DNA from: Candidatus Scalinduaceae bacterium
GTDB taxonomy: Bacteria > Planctomycetota > Brocadiia > Brocadiales > Scalinduaceae
Assembly (NCBI GenBank): GCA_046759445.1
Contig: JBHICG010000008.1
Location: forward strand, 1-64,000
Reading direction: 5' to 3'
Length of the DNA stretch: 64,000 nt
The notes under the pieces are model-generated. The model was not told the DNA's origin. It did not search any database and worked only from the letters and a program-made list of their open reading frames with translations. Every line of letters starts with the position of its first letter. The first letter of the stretch is position 1. The position numbers and the translations under genes are program-made. Shown one piece after another: positions 47,708-58,189 of the stretch.

Positions 47708-49832
47708 GTATGAATAGTTAATCCATTAAAACAAGGATTGAAACTTGTAGGCGCCGCATAAAGTTTTAAAATTTGTTTCGTATGAATAGTTAATCCATTA
47801 AAACAAGGATTGAAACTCAGGAGGATGGCAGAGTCGTTGACTACGTCCTCATGGTATGAATAGTTAATCCATTAAAACAAGGATTGAAACACGCACGTGT
47901 GGCAATGAGAGACCAGACTGCATATAGTATGAATAGTTAATCCATTAAAACAAGGATTGAAACTGTATCTGAAATTCTTAGTGGTAAGAGAGATATATCG
48001 TATGAATAGTTAATCCATTAAAACAAGGATTGAAACGTGATTCAGGGATTATCAATTCCTCAATTCTTTAATTTGTATGAATAGTTAATCCATTAAAACA
48101 AGGATTGAAACTGTCATGAGGACTGCCCCAAGAGGCCACGACTTCATGTATGAATAGTTAATCCATTAAAACAAGGATTGAAACGATATCTTCCTTGCGA
48201 TCATAAACGCCACGCCGTTAAGTATGAATAGTTAATCCATTAAAACAAGGATTGAAACGACAATAATATGACATTGCTTTCACCCCCTTCATGAGTATGA
48301 ATAGTTAATCCATTAAAACAAGGATTGAAACTGAATGCTGATTACGCATTCTCAAACTACATATATGTATGAATAGTTAATCCATTAAAACAAGGATTGA
48401 AACGATGGAACAAATGACTAGATGGAGTTCGATATCTTTGTATGAATAGTTAATCCATTAAAACAAGGATTGAAACACTGGACTGATCCTGTCACGGATG
48501 CGACTTTAGCTTTGTATGAATAGTTAATCCATTAAAACAAGGATTGAAACTCAAATTGTTTCCCTGTGTAACATTTTGCAATTTGAGTATGAATAGTTAA
48601 TCCATTAAAACAAGGATTGAAACTCTTATTCTGCCATGCATCTTGTTTTGTAACATGAGGTATGAATAGTTAATCCATTAAAACAAGGATTGAAACTAGT
48701 TCTTGTTGGTCAAAAAGGGATAAACCAAGAAAGTATGAATAGTTAATCCATTAAAACAAGGATTGAAACTTTTATAGTGTGATCCCAACTTTCCGTGCTT
48801 TTTATGTATGAATAGTTAATCCATTAAAACAAGGATTGAAACTCTTCACCTTTAAGAGCCGTAATGAACAGGATACGTTGTATGAATAGTTAATCCATTA
48901 AAACAAGGATTGAAACCCCCTTCTATCATCTCTACCTTTTCCTGCATTAAATGTATGAATAGTTAATCCATTAAAACAAGGATTGAAACATATTTGTGCC
49001 AGGCGTTCCTCCTGCATCTATCTGTGTATGAATAGTTAATCCATTAAAACAAGGATTGAAACGCCAACCTCCTAATAATATCTTCAGATTTGAACGATAG
49101 TATGAATAGTTAATCCATTAAAACAAGGATTGAAACCCCAGCGAGGCAAGTCGAGTGTACCCGCTTTCAATTTGTATGAATAGTTAATCCATTAAAACAA
49201 GGATTGAAACTAGACGACCTCTACCGGCAGATCAGCACACATAGATAGTATGAATAGTTAATCCATTAAAACAAGGATTGAAACTGGCATTATCGCACCA
49301 GATTTTAGCTAAATAATCATCGTATGAATAGTTAATCCATTAAAACAAGGATTGAAACTTAATAGATACCTCAATAAATGGGGTGTAGAGAAGAGTATGA
49401 ATAGTTAATCCATTAAAACAAGGATTGAAACGATACTGATATAACGGCATCCGCTTCTACGGAATACGTATGAATAGTTAATCCATTAAAACAAGGATTG
49501 AAACAAAGATTCACTCTTCATCAAATCGTTTTGTTGGTTTTGTATGAATAGTTAATCCATTAAAACAAGGATTGAAACATGTTCCAGAGGGGATGACTAT
49601 CAATGAAATATTCGGTATGAATAGTTAATCCATTAAAACAAGGATTGAAACACAAATCTCCTTGAAACCCTTTCGAAACAGTTTGATGTATGAATAGTTA
49701 ATCCATTAAAACAAGGATTGAAACAATAATCCCTGAATCCCTGAATTCCTAAATTCTTAAAGTATGAATAGTTAATCCATTAAAACCCCAAAAATCACAT
49801 TCGTGACTAACGAAGCGGGCAAGGATTGAAGC
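47708..49832 (+). CRISPR. CRISPR array: 28 intact 37-bp repeats plus 1 split terminal repeat, 28 spacers of ~35-38 bp
   Basis: Repeat GTATGAATAGTTAATCCATTAAAACAAGGATTGAAAC at ~73-bp period. The 3' ATTGAAAC handle gives the orientation. Confidence 0.98.
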
Positions 49833-50060
49833 TCGGTAGGCATATTTTAACAGAGAGCCATTTGTATTTGTCTCAAAACATACTTTAATAAAAAGTATTA
49901 TTTTCCCTTGATTTTATACATAATGTTTGATATTCTTTTTGGCAGTACGGTTGTGTTGTAAGGTAATATTGTTTATTAGAATGATATGGCTACAAGGGTA
50001 ACAACCTCGTAGCCTTTTTTATTGTGGATTTTTGAATGATTAAAAGGGGGTGATTTTAGA

Positions 50061-50261
50061 ATGCCAACTGGAACAGTTAAGTGGTTTAATGACAAAAAAG
50101 GATTTGGGTTCATTGCACAGGAAAATGGGGAGGATGTCTTTGTTCATCACTCAGCTATACAGGCTGAAGGGTTTAAGTCTCTTGCTGAAGGAGATAAGGT
50201 AGAATTCGAAATTACAAAGGACGAGAGGGGCAGTAAAGCCGAAAAAGTCGTCAAAATATAA
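50061..50261 (+). CDS. Cold-shock protein (CspA family)
   Basis: [15 protein letters not shown]...DVFVHHSAI. Confidence 0.95.
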   Translation: MPTGTVKWFNDKKGFGFIAQENGEDVFVHHSAIQAEGFKSLAEGDKVEFEITKDERGSKAEKVVKI

Positions 50262-50328
50262 GTTTTATTAAAAAGCGTACTCATATATCATATAAGAAAT
50301 TATATTTATAATTATTGACACTTATAAC

Positions 50329-50370
50329 AAAAAACCCCAATATTCTTTTTGGATATTGGGGTTTTTTATT
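50329..50370. terminator. Bidirectional rho-independent terminator
   Basis: AAAAAACCCCAATAT...ATATTGGGGTTTTTT between convergent genes. Confidence 0.8.
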
Positions 50371-50535
50371 TGTCGTCTAAAAGGTCTTTTTGTGCAAGAC
50401 AGCACATAAGAGTCATTTGAATTGCCTGGTTTTGAGGGATTAATGTAGCCGTTGATAATAAGCTATTCTAAAGCCTGCCGCTATAAATCTTTTCCTGACA
50501 AGTTCAGAAAAAAACGCTCGATTTAGATTTTATTA

Positions 50536-50925
50536 TTATGTATTAAATAAATTTGTCGAAAACAATATTTCAATAACGTTATTAGCTGAACGTTTATTGG
50601 ATTTCTTAAGGAGAATAAGTTCTTCCCTGCAAAGCTTTATCTGATTGCGCAGTATATGATTACCCGGTCGATGTATGAGACATTTTTCAAGGTGTGTTAT
50701 GGCTGTGTTTAAGTGATTCATTTTTTCATTTACCATTGGAATACGGTTAAATATCTTGATATGTTCTACAGCATTATGGCAATGAGTTAAAAATTCCTTT
50801 TTGAGTTCTGCTTTGGTATTTTTCTTATGCTTTTTGTTTATGTCCTGTGGTTTAAGTGACTTCTTCTTAATTATCTTTTTATAAAAAAAAGGGATGGGTT
50901 TCTCCATATCTAAGTTCATATCCAA
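50536..50925 (-). CDS. Hypothetical basic protein
   Basis: 129-aa ORF with a possible helical/TPR-like C-terminus; start uncertain. Confidence 0.5.
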   Translation of the reverse strand: MDMNLDMEKPIPFFYKKIIKKKSLKPQDINKKHKKNTKAELKKEFLTHCHNAVEHIKIFNRIPMVNEKMNHLNTAITHLEKCLIHRPGNHILRNQIKLCREELILLKKSNKRSANNVIEILFSTNLFNT

Positions 50926-51275
50926 GTTAGTAGCAAGAATATAATTATTATATATCTCCTTCCTGTCGTCAGGACTGGCGTAACCTCCTTCAGAATTACA
51001 AATTCAAGGATTTCTTGTTACAATCAAAGTTCGTGCCGAACAGTATTGGTTTGCCCCTGAGTTTTTTCTTATTAAGTAGTACTTGTATTATATCAAAATC
51101 TATATGAAAGTTGACAGTTTTATACTGATTTCTTAACTTAGGTATAAATATGCACAACTTACGTTAAAAATATTTGACACATTATGAATATAACGTAAAG
51201 TTTATGAATATTGAATTAATAATCTACAAATAATTTTGCGAATATCAGTTAGTAAAAACCATATAGTTTTCTTGC

Positions 51276-52877
51276 ATGAAAGATAGTGTGATGTTTGATC
51301 CAATCAATTTAGAAATATTTAATAACCTCTTTTCTTCAATATGTGAGGAAATGGGTGTTGTCTTATGCAAATCTTCCTTTTCCACAAACATTAAAGAGAG
51401 AAAGGATTTCTCCTGTGCCTTATTCGATAGTAAAGGTGAAATGTTTGCTCAGGCAGAACATCTACCCGTGCACCTGGCTTCTATGTCGCTATCCGTAAAG
51501 GAGGCAATAAAGTCGGTGAAGATGAAGGATGGTGATACAGTGATATTAAACGATCCATTTCAAGGTGGCACGCATCTGCCTGATATTACAATGGTAACTC
51601 CATTATTTTATAAAAGTAAGAAAGAGCCGCTTTTTTATATTGCAAACAGGGCTCACCATGCAGATGTAGGGGGGATGTCTCCAGGTTCCATGTGTAATGC
51701 TACCGAGATATATCAGGAAGGGATTAGGATATCACCCGTAAAGATTGTAGAAGGAAATAACATAAACGGGGATATTCTGACAATGATAACATCGAACGTA
51801 AGAACTCCCAGGGAACGCAGATGGGACATAGTCGCTCAGCTTTCTGCAAATGAGATTGGCAAGCAAAGGTTAGGGGAATTGTGTGATAAGTATGGAAAGA
51901 AAGATGTACGTAAATACTCAATAGCACTTCAAGACTATTCTGATAGAATAATGAGATCTGTAATTAAGAAAATACCAGATGGGGAATACTCATTTTGTGA
52001 TTATATAGACGATGATGGAATAGTGGATAAATCAGTTAAAATAAAGACGCAAATAAAAATTGAAGGTAACAGGGCATATATTGATTTTTCTGGTAGTAGT
52101 AAGCAGGTTGGGGGTTGTATAAATGCGGTGTATGCAGTTACGGTGTCTTGTGTTTTTTATGCCTTCAGGTGTTTGATTGATTATAATATTCCATCAAATT
52201 CAGGTTGTATGAGACCTATTAGTATAACCGCACCATCGGGTTCAATCGTTAATGCCACACTGCCAGCCGCTGTATCAGGGGGGAATGTTGAGACCTCCCA
52301 AAGAATTGTTGACGTAATATTTGGGGCATTATCAAGGGCTATTCCTGATAAAATTCCGGCAGCAAGCTGTGGAACTATGAACAATATTGCTATTGGCGGA
52401 TATGATAAATTGAGAAGGCAGCATTACTCCTATTACGAGACTATTGCGGGTGGTATGGGCGCAAGACCAAATATTGATGGTCTTAGCGCCATCCACACTC
52501 ACATGACTAATACCATGAATACTCCTATAGAGGCAATAGAACATAATTATCCATTCAGGATTAAGCGATACCAGATACGCACTAATTCAGGCGGTATAGG
52601 GAAATACAGGGGCGGTAATGGCATAGTCAGAGATTATGAAATACTTCAAGGCGCTACTGTAACCATACTTTCAGATAGAAGGAGGTATGCGCCTTATGGT
52701 TTGAAAGGAGGCAACAAAGGTAAAGTTGGACAAAACATCTTAATTTCCAAAGGCAAGAAACACAATCTACCATCAAAGGTTACGATTAGGGCGAGGAAGG
52801 GAGACGTAATAAGCATACTCACTCCGGGAGGTGGTGGATATGGTAGGGCAAGAGGCGAGAATGGGAAAGGGGGGTGA
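51276..52877 (+). CDS. Hydantoinase B/oxoprolinase family subunit
   Basis: DPINLEIF, NIKERKDFSCA, NDPFQGGTHLPD, HHADVGG, GNVETSQRIVD, TPGGGGYG. Confidence 0.94.
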   Translation: MKDSVMFDPINLEIFNNLFSSICEEMGVVLCKSSFSTNIKERKDFSCALFDSKGEMFAQAEHLPVHLASMSLSVKEAIKSVKMKDGDTVILNDPFQGGTHLPDITMVTPLFYKSKKEPLFYIANRAHHADVGGMSPGSMCNATEIYQEGIRISPVKIVEGNNINGDILTMITSNVRTPRERRWDIVAQLSANEIGKQRLGELCDKYGKKDVRKYSIALQDYSDRIMRSVIKKIPDGEYSFCDYIDDDGIVDKSVKIKTQIKIEGNRAYIDFSGSSKQVGGCINAVYAVTVSCVFYAFRCLIDYNIPSNSGCMRPISITAPSGSIVNATLPAAVSGGNVETSQRIVDVIFGALSRAIPDKIPAASCGTMNNIAIGGYDKLRRQHYSYYETIAGGMGARPNIDGLSAIHTHMTNTMNTPIEAIEHNYPFRIKRYQIRTNSGGIGKYRGGNGIVRDYEILQGATVTILSDRRRYAPYGLKGGNKGKVGQNILISKGKKHNLPSKVTIRARKGDVISILTPGGGGYGRARGENGKGG

Positions 52878-53025
52878 GACGTACGGCTCGTTCCCTGAAG
52901 AGCCTCAAACTAATTATTTAACTGGATAAAAGAAATATAGGGTACGTTCCCAGAACGTACTTTAAGGCAAGAGGTGAGAATGGAAGAAGGGGGATGAGAA
53001 GTAGGGCTCGTTTCCCAAACGAGCC
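52847..53025. repeat. Tandem ~58-bp direct repeat with GTAG-type REP hairpins
   Basis: GGCAAGAGG(C/T)GAGAATGG...GTA(C/G)GGCTCGTT...GAGCC at 52847 and 52966. Confidence 0.55.
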
Positions 53026-53043
53026 GTAAAAAAGATAATAAAA

Positions 53044-54120
53044 ATGAAAACTATTCGACCAAAAAAGATATTTATAGAAAAAGACGTTGTTGAAGTTCCT
53101 GTTGCTCAGCAAATTCTAAAAGAGTTGCCGGATATTCCAATTGAGTATATAGATGATTACAGAAGTATCCGGATTGAAGGAAACACGGTTAATAATATTT
53201 ATAAAGATAGTAAAGACTGTCTTGCAATAGCAAGAAAGAGGGGTGGTTTAGTCAAGCAGTTCAGGTGTAGAGACGGCATAATCGATAACACAGAATATTA
53301 TATAATCCAGGGTAATAATTGTTACTTTGACTGTGAATATTGTTTCCTTCAAAGCTACTTTGAAAATGCGGTTCCTACTGTGTTCGTGAATCATGATGAA
53401 ATACTGAATGAAGTAAGAGACATTATCCTTGCTTCAGGGTATGAAAAAATAGTATTTCATGCTGGCGAATTGTGTGACGCACTGGCCTTCGACGACCTTA
53501 CTGGCCTCTCTCACAAACTCATTTCTTTATTCAGTGAATATCCTAAAGCAAGGTTAGAACTCAGGACCAAGACCACTGCAATTGATAACGTCTTAATCAT
53601 GCCAGGAATAAATAACGTAATAATATCATGGACTTTTAGCCCGCAAGTGATTGTAGATGCCTATGAGCATGAAACCCCATCATTAGAGGAACGAATAAAT
53701 GCGGCAGAAAGAGTTCAAAGAGCTGGTTATAATATTGGAATATGTTTGGATCCCATAATAAGATGTGATGATTGGTTTAGTAATTACAAGACAATGCTTG
53801 ACATGCTCTTTGATAGACTGGATATCAACAAGATTAAGTTTGTAAGTCTTGGAGGTTTTAGGTTTTTGCCGTCTTTAGCCAACGTAATTAGAGAAAGGAA
53901 TCAACAGACCGATCTTTTATTAAGTGAATTTGTACCGTGTATTGATGGCAAGTACCGTTATTTCAGACCTATCAGGGCCGAGATATACAGAGAGTTAATT
54001 AATATTATAAAACAAAATAATCATGGTATTAAGATATCGCTGTGCATGGAAACAAATGAGGTCTGGAATGAAGTTATGAGCAACCATCCCACCTGCGAGA
54101 TAGAACAGGCGAAAGACTAG
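53044..54120 (+). CDS. Spore photoproduct lyase-family radical SAM protein
   Basis: CYFDCEYCFLQ, GELCDAL, LELRTK, R.F...R, LCME. Confidence 0.85.
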   Translation: MKTIRPKKIFIEKDVVEVPVAQQILKELPDIPIEYIDDYRSIRIEGNTVNNIYKDSKDCLAIARKRGGLVKQFRCRDGIIDNTEYYIIQGNNCYFDCEYCFLQSYFENAVPTVFVNHDEILNEVRDIILASGYEKIVFHAGELCDALAFDDLTGLSHKLISLFSEYPKARLELRTKTTAIDNVLIMPGINNVIISWTFSPQVIVDAYEHETPSLEERINAAERVQRAGYNIGICLDPIIRCDDWFSNYKTMLDMLFDRLDINKIKFVSLGGFRFLPSLANVIRERNQQTDLLLSEFVPCIDGKYRYFRPIRAEIYRELINIIKQNNHGIKISLCMETNEVWNEVMSNHPTCEIEQAKD

Positions 54121-54262
54121 TGGCTAACAGGGAAAACACATTCCATTTTTCGTTGGCGATGAATGATTAAAAAGGGATATGTTTCCTTTTACTTAGTTGT
54201 CTACATTATGTCAACAGCCCTTAGCAATCAACTTTATATTGATTGCACCTAGCTGTCATCCG

Positions 54263-55198
54263 TTAGGATGACAGCCGTAGTCCTCTTTCTTTAGCATATA
54301 CATAAACTTCGTTAAATTCTTCGTATGTTATTTGTCTATTTATTTCTGGGTGATTGTGGGCCTTGAATGTTGGTCTGTATTGGTCCATTATATTTACAAA
54401 TGTATTTTCTGAGATTGTATCTGCAAGAAAATCGATTATGTCTTTGCTTCCTGCAACGTTATTTGGCATGACCAAATGACGGACCAGGAGACCTTTAGTT
54501 GCCAAACCATCCTTGATTTCTAAATCTCCAACCTGTCTGTGCATTTCTATTATGGCTGATTTCAATACTTCAGGATAATCCTTTGCAAAAGAATATTTCT
54601 TCGAAGAAACAGGGTTCATATATTTGGCGTCTGGCATATAGACGTCAATAGTCTTCTCAAGAAGCCGTAATGTTTCGACAGATTCGTAACCTCCACAATT
54701 ATAAACGGTAGGTATTTTAAGCCCTTTTTGTCGCGCATTATGAACGGATTCTATTATGTGTGGGGCAATGTGCGTTGGAGTTACAAAATTTATGTTTTTG
54801 CAACCTTGTTTCTGTAGTTGCAACATCATCCTTACGAGGTCGTCTATTTCTACCTCTTCCCCACGGCGAAGTTGGCTGATATCATAATTTTGGCAAAAGA
54901 CACAGCCCAGGTTGCATCCTGCAAAGAATATCGTCCCAGATCCACTATCACCAACCAACACAGATTCCTCGCCGAAGTGTGGACATGCTGATGAGACAAT
55001 AGCCTTTGAGCCAATGCCACAAAATCCCTTTTCCTCATTCAAACGATTAACCTTGCACATTCTCGGACAAAGCTTGCAAGATTCCATTAATTTGTAAGCA
55101 GTACCAATCGTTTCTTTGTATATTTCTTTACTAGTGTCGTTAGCTGCCCGCAGTTTAGTCATAATAATTGATTTTAAGTTGTTATTAGTAATTGTCAA
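54263..55198 (-). CDS. PflX-like radical SAM protein
   Basis: CKLCPRMC, HFGEE, GCNLGCVFCQN, NFVTPTH, LVRHLVMP, MDQYRP. Confidence 0.88.
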   Translation of the reverse strand: MTITNNNLKSIIMTKLRAANDTSKEIYKETIGTAYKLMESCKLCPRMCKVNRLNEEKGFCGIGSKAIVSSACPHFGEESVLVGDSGSGTIFFAGCNLGCVFCQNYDISQLRRGEEVEIDDLVRMMLQLQKQGCKNINFVTPTHIAPHIIESVHNARQKGLKIPTVYNCGGYESVETLRLLEKTIDVYMPDAKYMNPVSSKKYSFAKDYPEVLKSAIIEMHRQVGDLEIKDGLATKGLLVRHLVMPNNVAGSKDIIDFLADTISENTFVNIMDQYRPTFKAHNHPEINRQITYEEFNEVYVYAKERGLRLSS

Positions 55199-55267
55199 TT
55201 AAAAGTGGACGTGTAAAAATTAATTCAACTACTTGACAGCACAATATATTTTTGAAATAATGTTTTT

Positions 55268-56281
55268 ATGATAAAAGAATTAATTGGAAAGGTAGTAGAA
55301 GGGAAAGACCTTTCTATAAAAGAAAGTATGGCAGTAATGAATGAGATAATGGAAGGTAAAGCTACAGATGTACAAATTGGTTCATTTATTACGGCTTTGC
55401 GAATGAAGGGAGAGACAGTTGATGAAATTGCCGGCTGTGCAAGTGTCATGAGGGAAAAAGCCACACATATCAATGTGGATAGTGAAATAGTTGTGGATAC
55501 TTGTGGTACCGGTGGAGATGCAAAATGTACATTTAATATATCTACTGCCGCTGCATTTGTCGTTGCAGGGACTGGTTTAAAAGTCGCCAAACATGGTAAT
55601 ACCGCTTCTTCAAGCCATTGCGGGAGTGCTGATGTACTCAAGCTATTAGGCGTTAATGTTGAAGCAAGTCCTGAGATAGTTGAAAAATGCATACAGGAAG
55701 CAAACATAGGTTTTCTTTTAGCGCCACTTTTGCATTGCTCAATGCGATACGCTGTAGGTCCCAGGCGTGAAATAGGAATAAAAACTATCTTTAATATTCT
55801 TGGTCCATTAACAAATCCGGCAAGGGCTAAGAGACAGGTAATTGGGGTATACGAAGCAAGATTGACGGATACTGTGGCAAATGTTCTTAGAAAATTGGGT
55901 ACTGAACATGCGTTCGTGGTCTATGGATACGATGGTATGGATGAGATTACTACAACTGATAAAACTAAGGTTTGTGAGTTAAAAAACGGGAAAATTAAGA
56001 GTTATTTTATTACACATGAGAGTTTTGGTATTTCAAAGGCAGAGATAAAGGATTTCATTGCTAACTCTCCAGAAGAGAGTGCAGATTCTATCAAAGATAT
56101 GTTGGAGGGCACTCATGGCCCCAAGCGGGATATTGTCCTCTTAAATGCTGCTGCCGCTATAGTTGCTGGGGGCGGTGCGACCGATCTAAGACATGGCATA
56201 CAACTTGCCGCAGATTCAATAGATTCAGGCAGGGCTAAGAAATCTCTTGAACAGCTAATCAAGATAACGCAGGGAAAATGA
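55268..56281 (+). CDS. trpD: Anthranilate phosphoribosyltransferase
   Basis: DTCGTGGD, FNIST, KHGN, GSADVL, GPLTNPA, DGMDE. Confidence 0.96.
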   Translation: MIKELIGKVVEGKDLSIKESMAVMNEIMEGKATDVQIGSFITALRMKGETVDEIAGCASVMREKATHINVDSEIVVDTCGTGGDAKCTFNISTAAAFVVAGTGLKVAKHGNTASSSHCGSADVLKLLGVNVEASPEIVEKCIQEANIGFLLAPLLHCSMRYAVGPRREIGIKTIFNILGPLTNPARAKRQVIGVYEARLTDTVANVLRKLGTEHAFVVYGYDGMDEITTTDKTKVCELKNGKIKSYFITHESFGISKAEIKDFIANSPEESADSIKDMLEGTHGPKRDIVLLNAAAAIVAGGGATDLRHGIQLAADSIDSGRAKKSLEQLIKITQGK

Positions 56282-56354
56282 AAAGATTATTATCACGTTT
56301 TAAAAACTTCACCTATATTATTTTCCTGAAGAAAAAGATATGAATACGGAATGA

Positions 56355-57479
56355 CTACATGCTGAGGTCAATTTTGTGCTTTATGATTTGCATAATGTCT
56401 CGATGAGATACAATACCTACCAGTTTTCCATTATCAACAACCGGTATCCTTCCCAGGCCTCTTTTTGCCATTTTTGCCATGGCGCTGGTGGCATCATCAT
56501 TAGGATTCATACATAAGTCGATAACTTTTGAATCAAATATTCTCCTAACATTCGCCTTACTCCATTCTTCCCTGGGAATTTGTTTTACATCATGAATTGA
56601 GACCATCCCAATAAGTATGCCGTTACTTACCACAGGATAGCTATTATACCGATACTTCAGGAAGTAATCATCTACGAGTTTATCCAGTGTGATAGAGTCC
56701 TCTATAGTGATTACATCACGAGTCATAATTTCTGAAATCTTTATGCCATGTAAAAGCTTTCCAGCTAATAGTTGCTGATACCCTGCTTCAGCAGCGCCCT
56801 TCAGAAATAATCCGATAAATGCAAACCATAGTCCACCGATAATATTGCCAGTAAAGATATTGAAAAAACCGAAAATTATCAGGAATATTCCCAGTGATGA
56901 ACCAATCTTACTAGTAGTATACGTTGCCTTTTTTATATTACCTGTATAATTCCAGATAACAGCTCGGAGTATTCTTCCTCCATCAAGTGGAAAACCAGGT
57001 AGTAAATTAAATATCATTAATGCCAGATTTATGAACGTGCAATATTTCAGTATGCCGATTACGGGGAGGATTGGTAAATATTTTATAAAGAAATTACCAA
57101 TAAAAAAAAAGAAAATCGCAAGGGCACCTGAACAAATAGGACCGGCAACGGCCATTTTTATCTCCGAGCTTGCAGTACGGGGCTCTTCAGTCATTTCTGC
57201 TACGCCTCCGAAGACAAATAGAGTAATACCCTTTATGGGGATGTTATTCTTTTTAGCAATCAGGGAATGACTCAATTCGTGAAGTAAAACACAGACAAAG
57301 AGGAGCACGGCTGAGATAAACCCCATAATCCAGCATACTGATTTATCAAGTTCAGGATATTTTATAGGAAAATATCCCGATGCCAGTGTCCACGAAATAA
57401 ATGCAACAATTATAAACCAGCTTAGGTCAAGCTTTATGGGGATACTAAAAACTCTTATAAGCTCTATTTGCTTTCTCAA
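56355..57479 (-). CDS. Site-2 (M50) protease with CBS pair
   Basis: HELSH, FNLLPGFPLDGGR; C-terminal CBS domains. Confidence 0.92.
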   Translation of the reverse strand: MRKQIELIRVFSIPIKLDLSWFIIVAFISWTLASGYFPIKYPELDKSVCWIMGFISAVLLFVCVLLHELSHSLIAKKNNIPIKGITLFVFGGVAEMTEEPRTASSEIKMAVAGPICSGALAIFFFFIGNFFIKYLPILPVIGILKYCTFINLALMIFNLLPGFPLDGGRILRAVIWNYTGNIKKATYTTSKIGSSLGIFLIIFGFFNIFTGNIIGGLWFAFIGLFLKGAAEAGYQQLLAGKLLHGIKISEIMTRDVITIEDSITLDKLVDDYFLKYRYNSYPVVSNGILIGMVSIHDVKQIPREEWSKANVRRIFDSKVIDLCMNPNDDATSAMAKMAKRGLGRIPVVDNGKLVGIVSHRDIMQIIKHKIDLSM

Positions 57480-57507
57480 TTTATTAAAATCTCGCTTTAT
57501 TCATGTT

Positions 57508-57957
57508 TTATAATCTGTTCTTTGTGCACTCGGTTAACCATCTTAAATGATCTTCCTCCATCCTGATTATTATACTGTATTTTTCGATTGTTTCATTATC
57601 AACCTTATTCAGCAGAAGATCCTTTTGCCTTCTATACATTGAAATACCACTTTTTTCAAGGTATATGTCCGTCCTTAATACTGTGTATTGACCACCAATT
57701 GTACTAAACAAGCCTAATATTTTAGCTAATAATCTAGTGATCTTTTCAAGTGGCAAAGGACAACTCCCGTATTTTATGATAATTTTTCTTAGTTCATTCT
57801 TATGCATATTTTCATCTTGACTTAATCTTTGAAGTTTTCCTTTAAAGATTTTATTCTTCATCATTCGTGACTGAATATCATAAATAACAGTTGCCCCAGT
57901 TTCTGCGAGATTATTTAATTTTATTGATAGTAGTAGTTTTCTCGTGAGCTTTGACAC
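57508..57957 (-). CDS. Ferritin-like di-iron (Coq7-like) protein
   Basis: E.GA..IY, DENMH, E...Y and EEDH pattern. Confidence 0.65.
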   Translation of the reverse strand: MSKLTRKLLLSIKLNNLAETGATVIYDIQSRMMKNKIFKGKLQRLSQDENMHKNELRKIIIKYGSCPLPLEKITRLLAKILGLFSTIGGQYTVLRTDIYLEKSGISMYRRQKDLLLNKVDNETIEKYSIIIRMEEDHLRWLTECTKNRL

Positions 57958-58044
57958 TATAAGATCTTGGATTTGAATTTAAGAGGGATAAAGGAACACG
58001 ATTAAAACACCCTTAGTTAGTATATGTTGTGGAAATACGGTTTT

Positions 58045-58154
58045 GTCACCCTGAACTTGTTTTCAGAATCTAATAATTTCAATAACTCAGCAACCTTAGA
58101 GATACTGACCCCCTCAGCTTGCTAGCGCAAGATAGCAGAGGGGGCGGGATGACA
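58045..58154. repeat. REP-like element (GTCA.CCTGAACTTGTTT class)
   Basis: TGTCACCCTGAACTTGTTTTCAGAATCT ... AGATACTGA...GGATGACA inverted arrangement. Confidence 0.5.
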
Positions 58155-58189
58155 CTTTAGGTATTTTAACTTTCCATGACAGACACTAA

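Noticed and set aside
47745..49761. Self-targeting spacers within this window
   Set aside because: No full-length match was noticed by eye. This was not exhaustive and needs an alignment.
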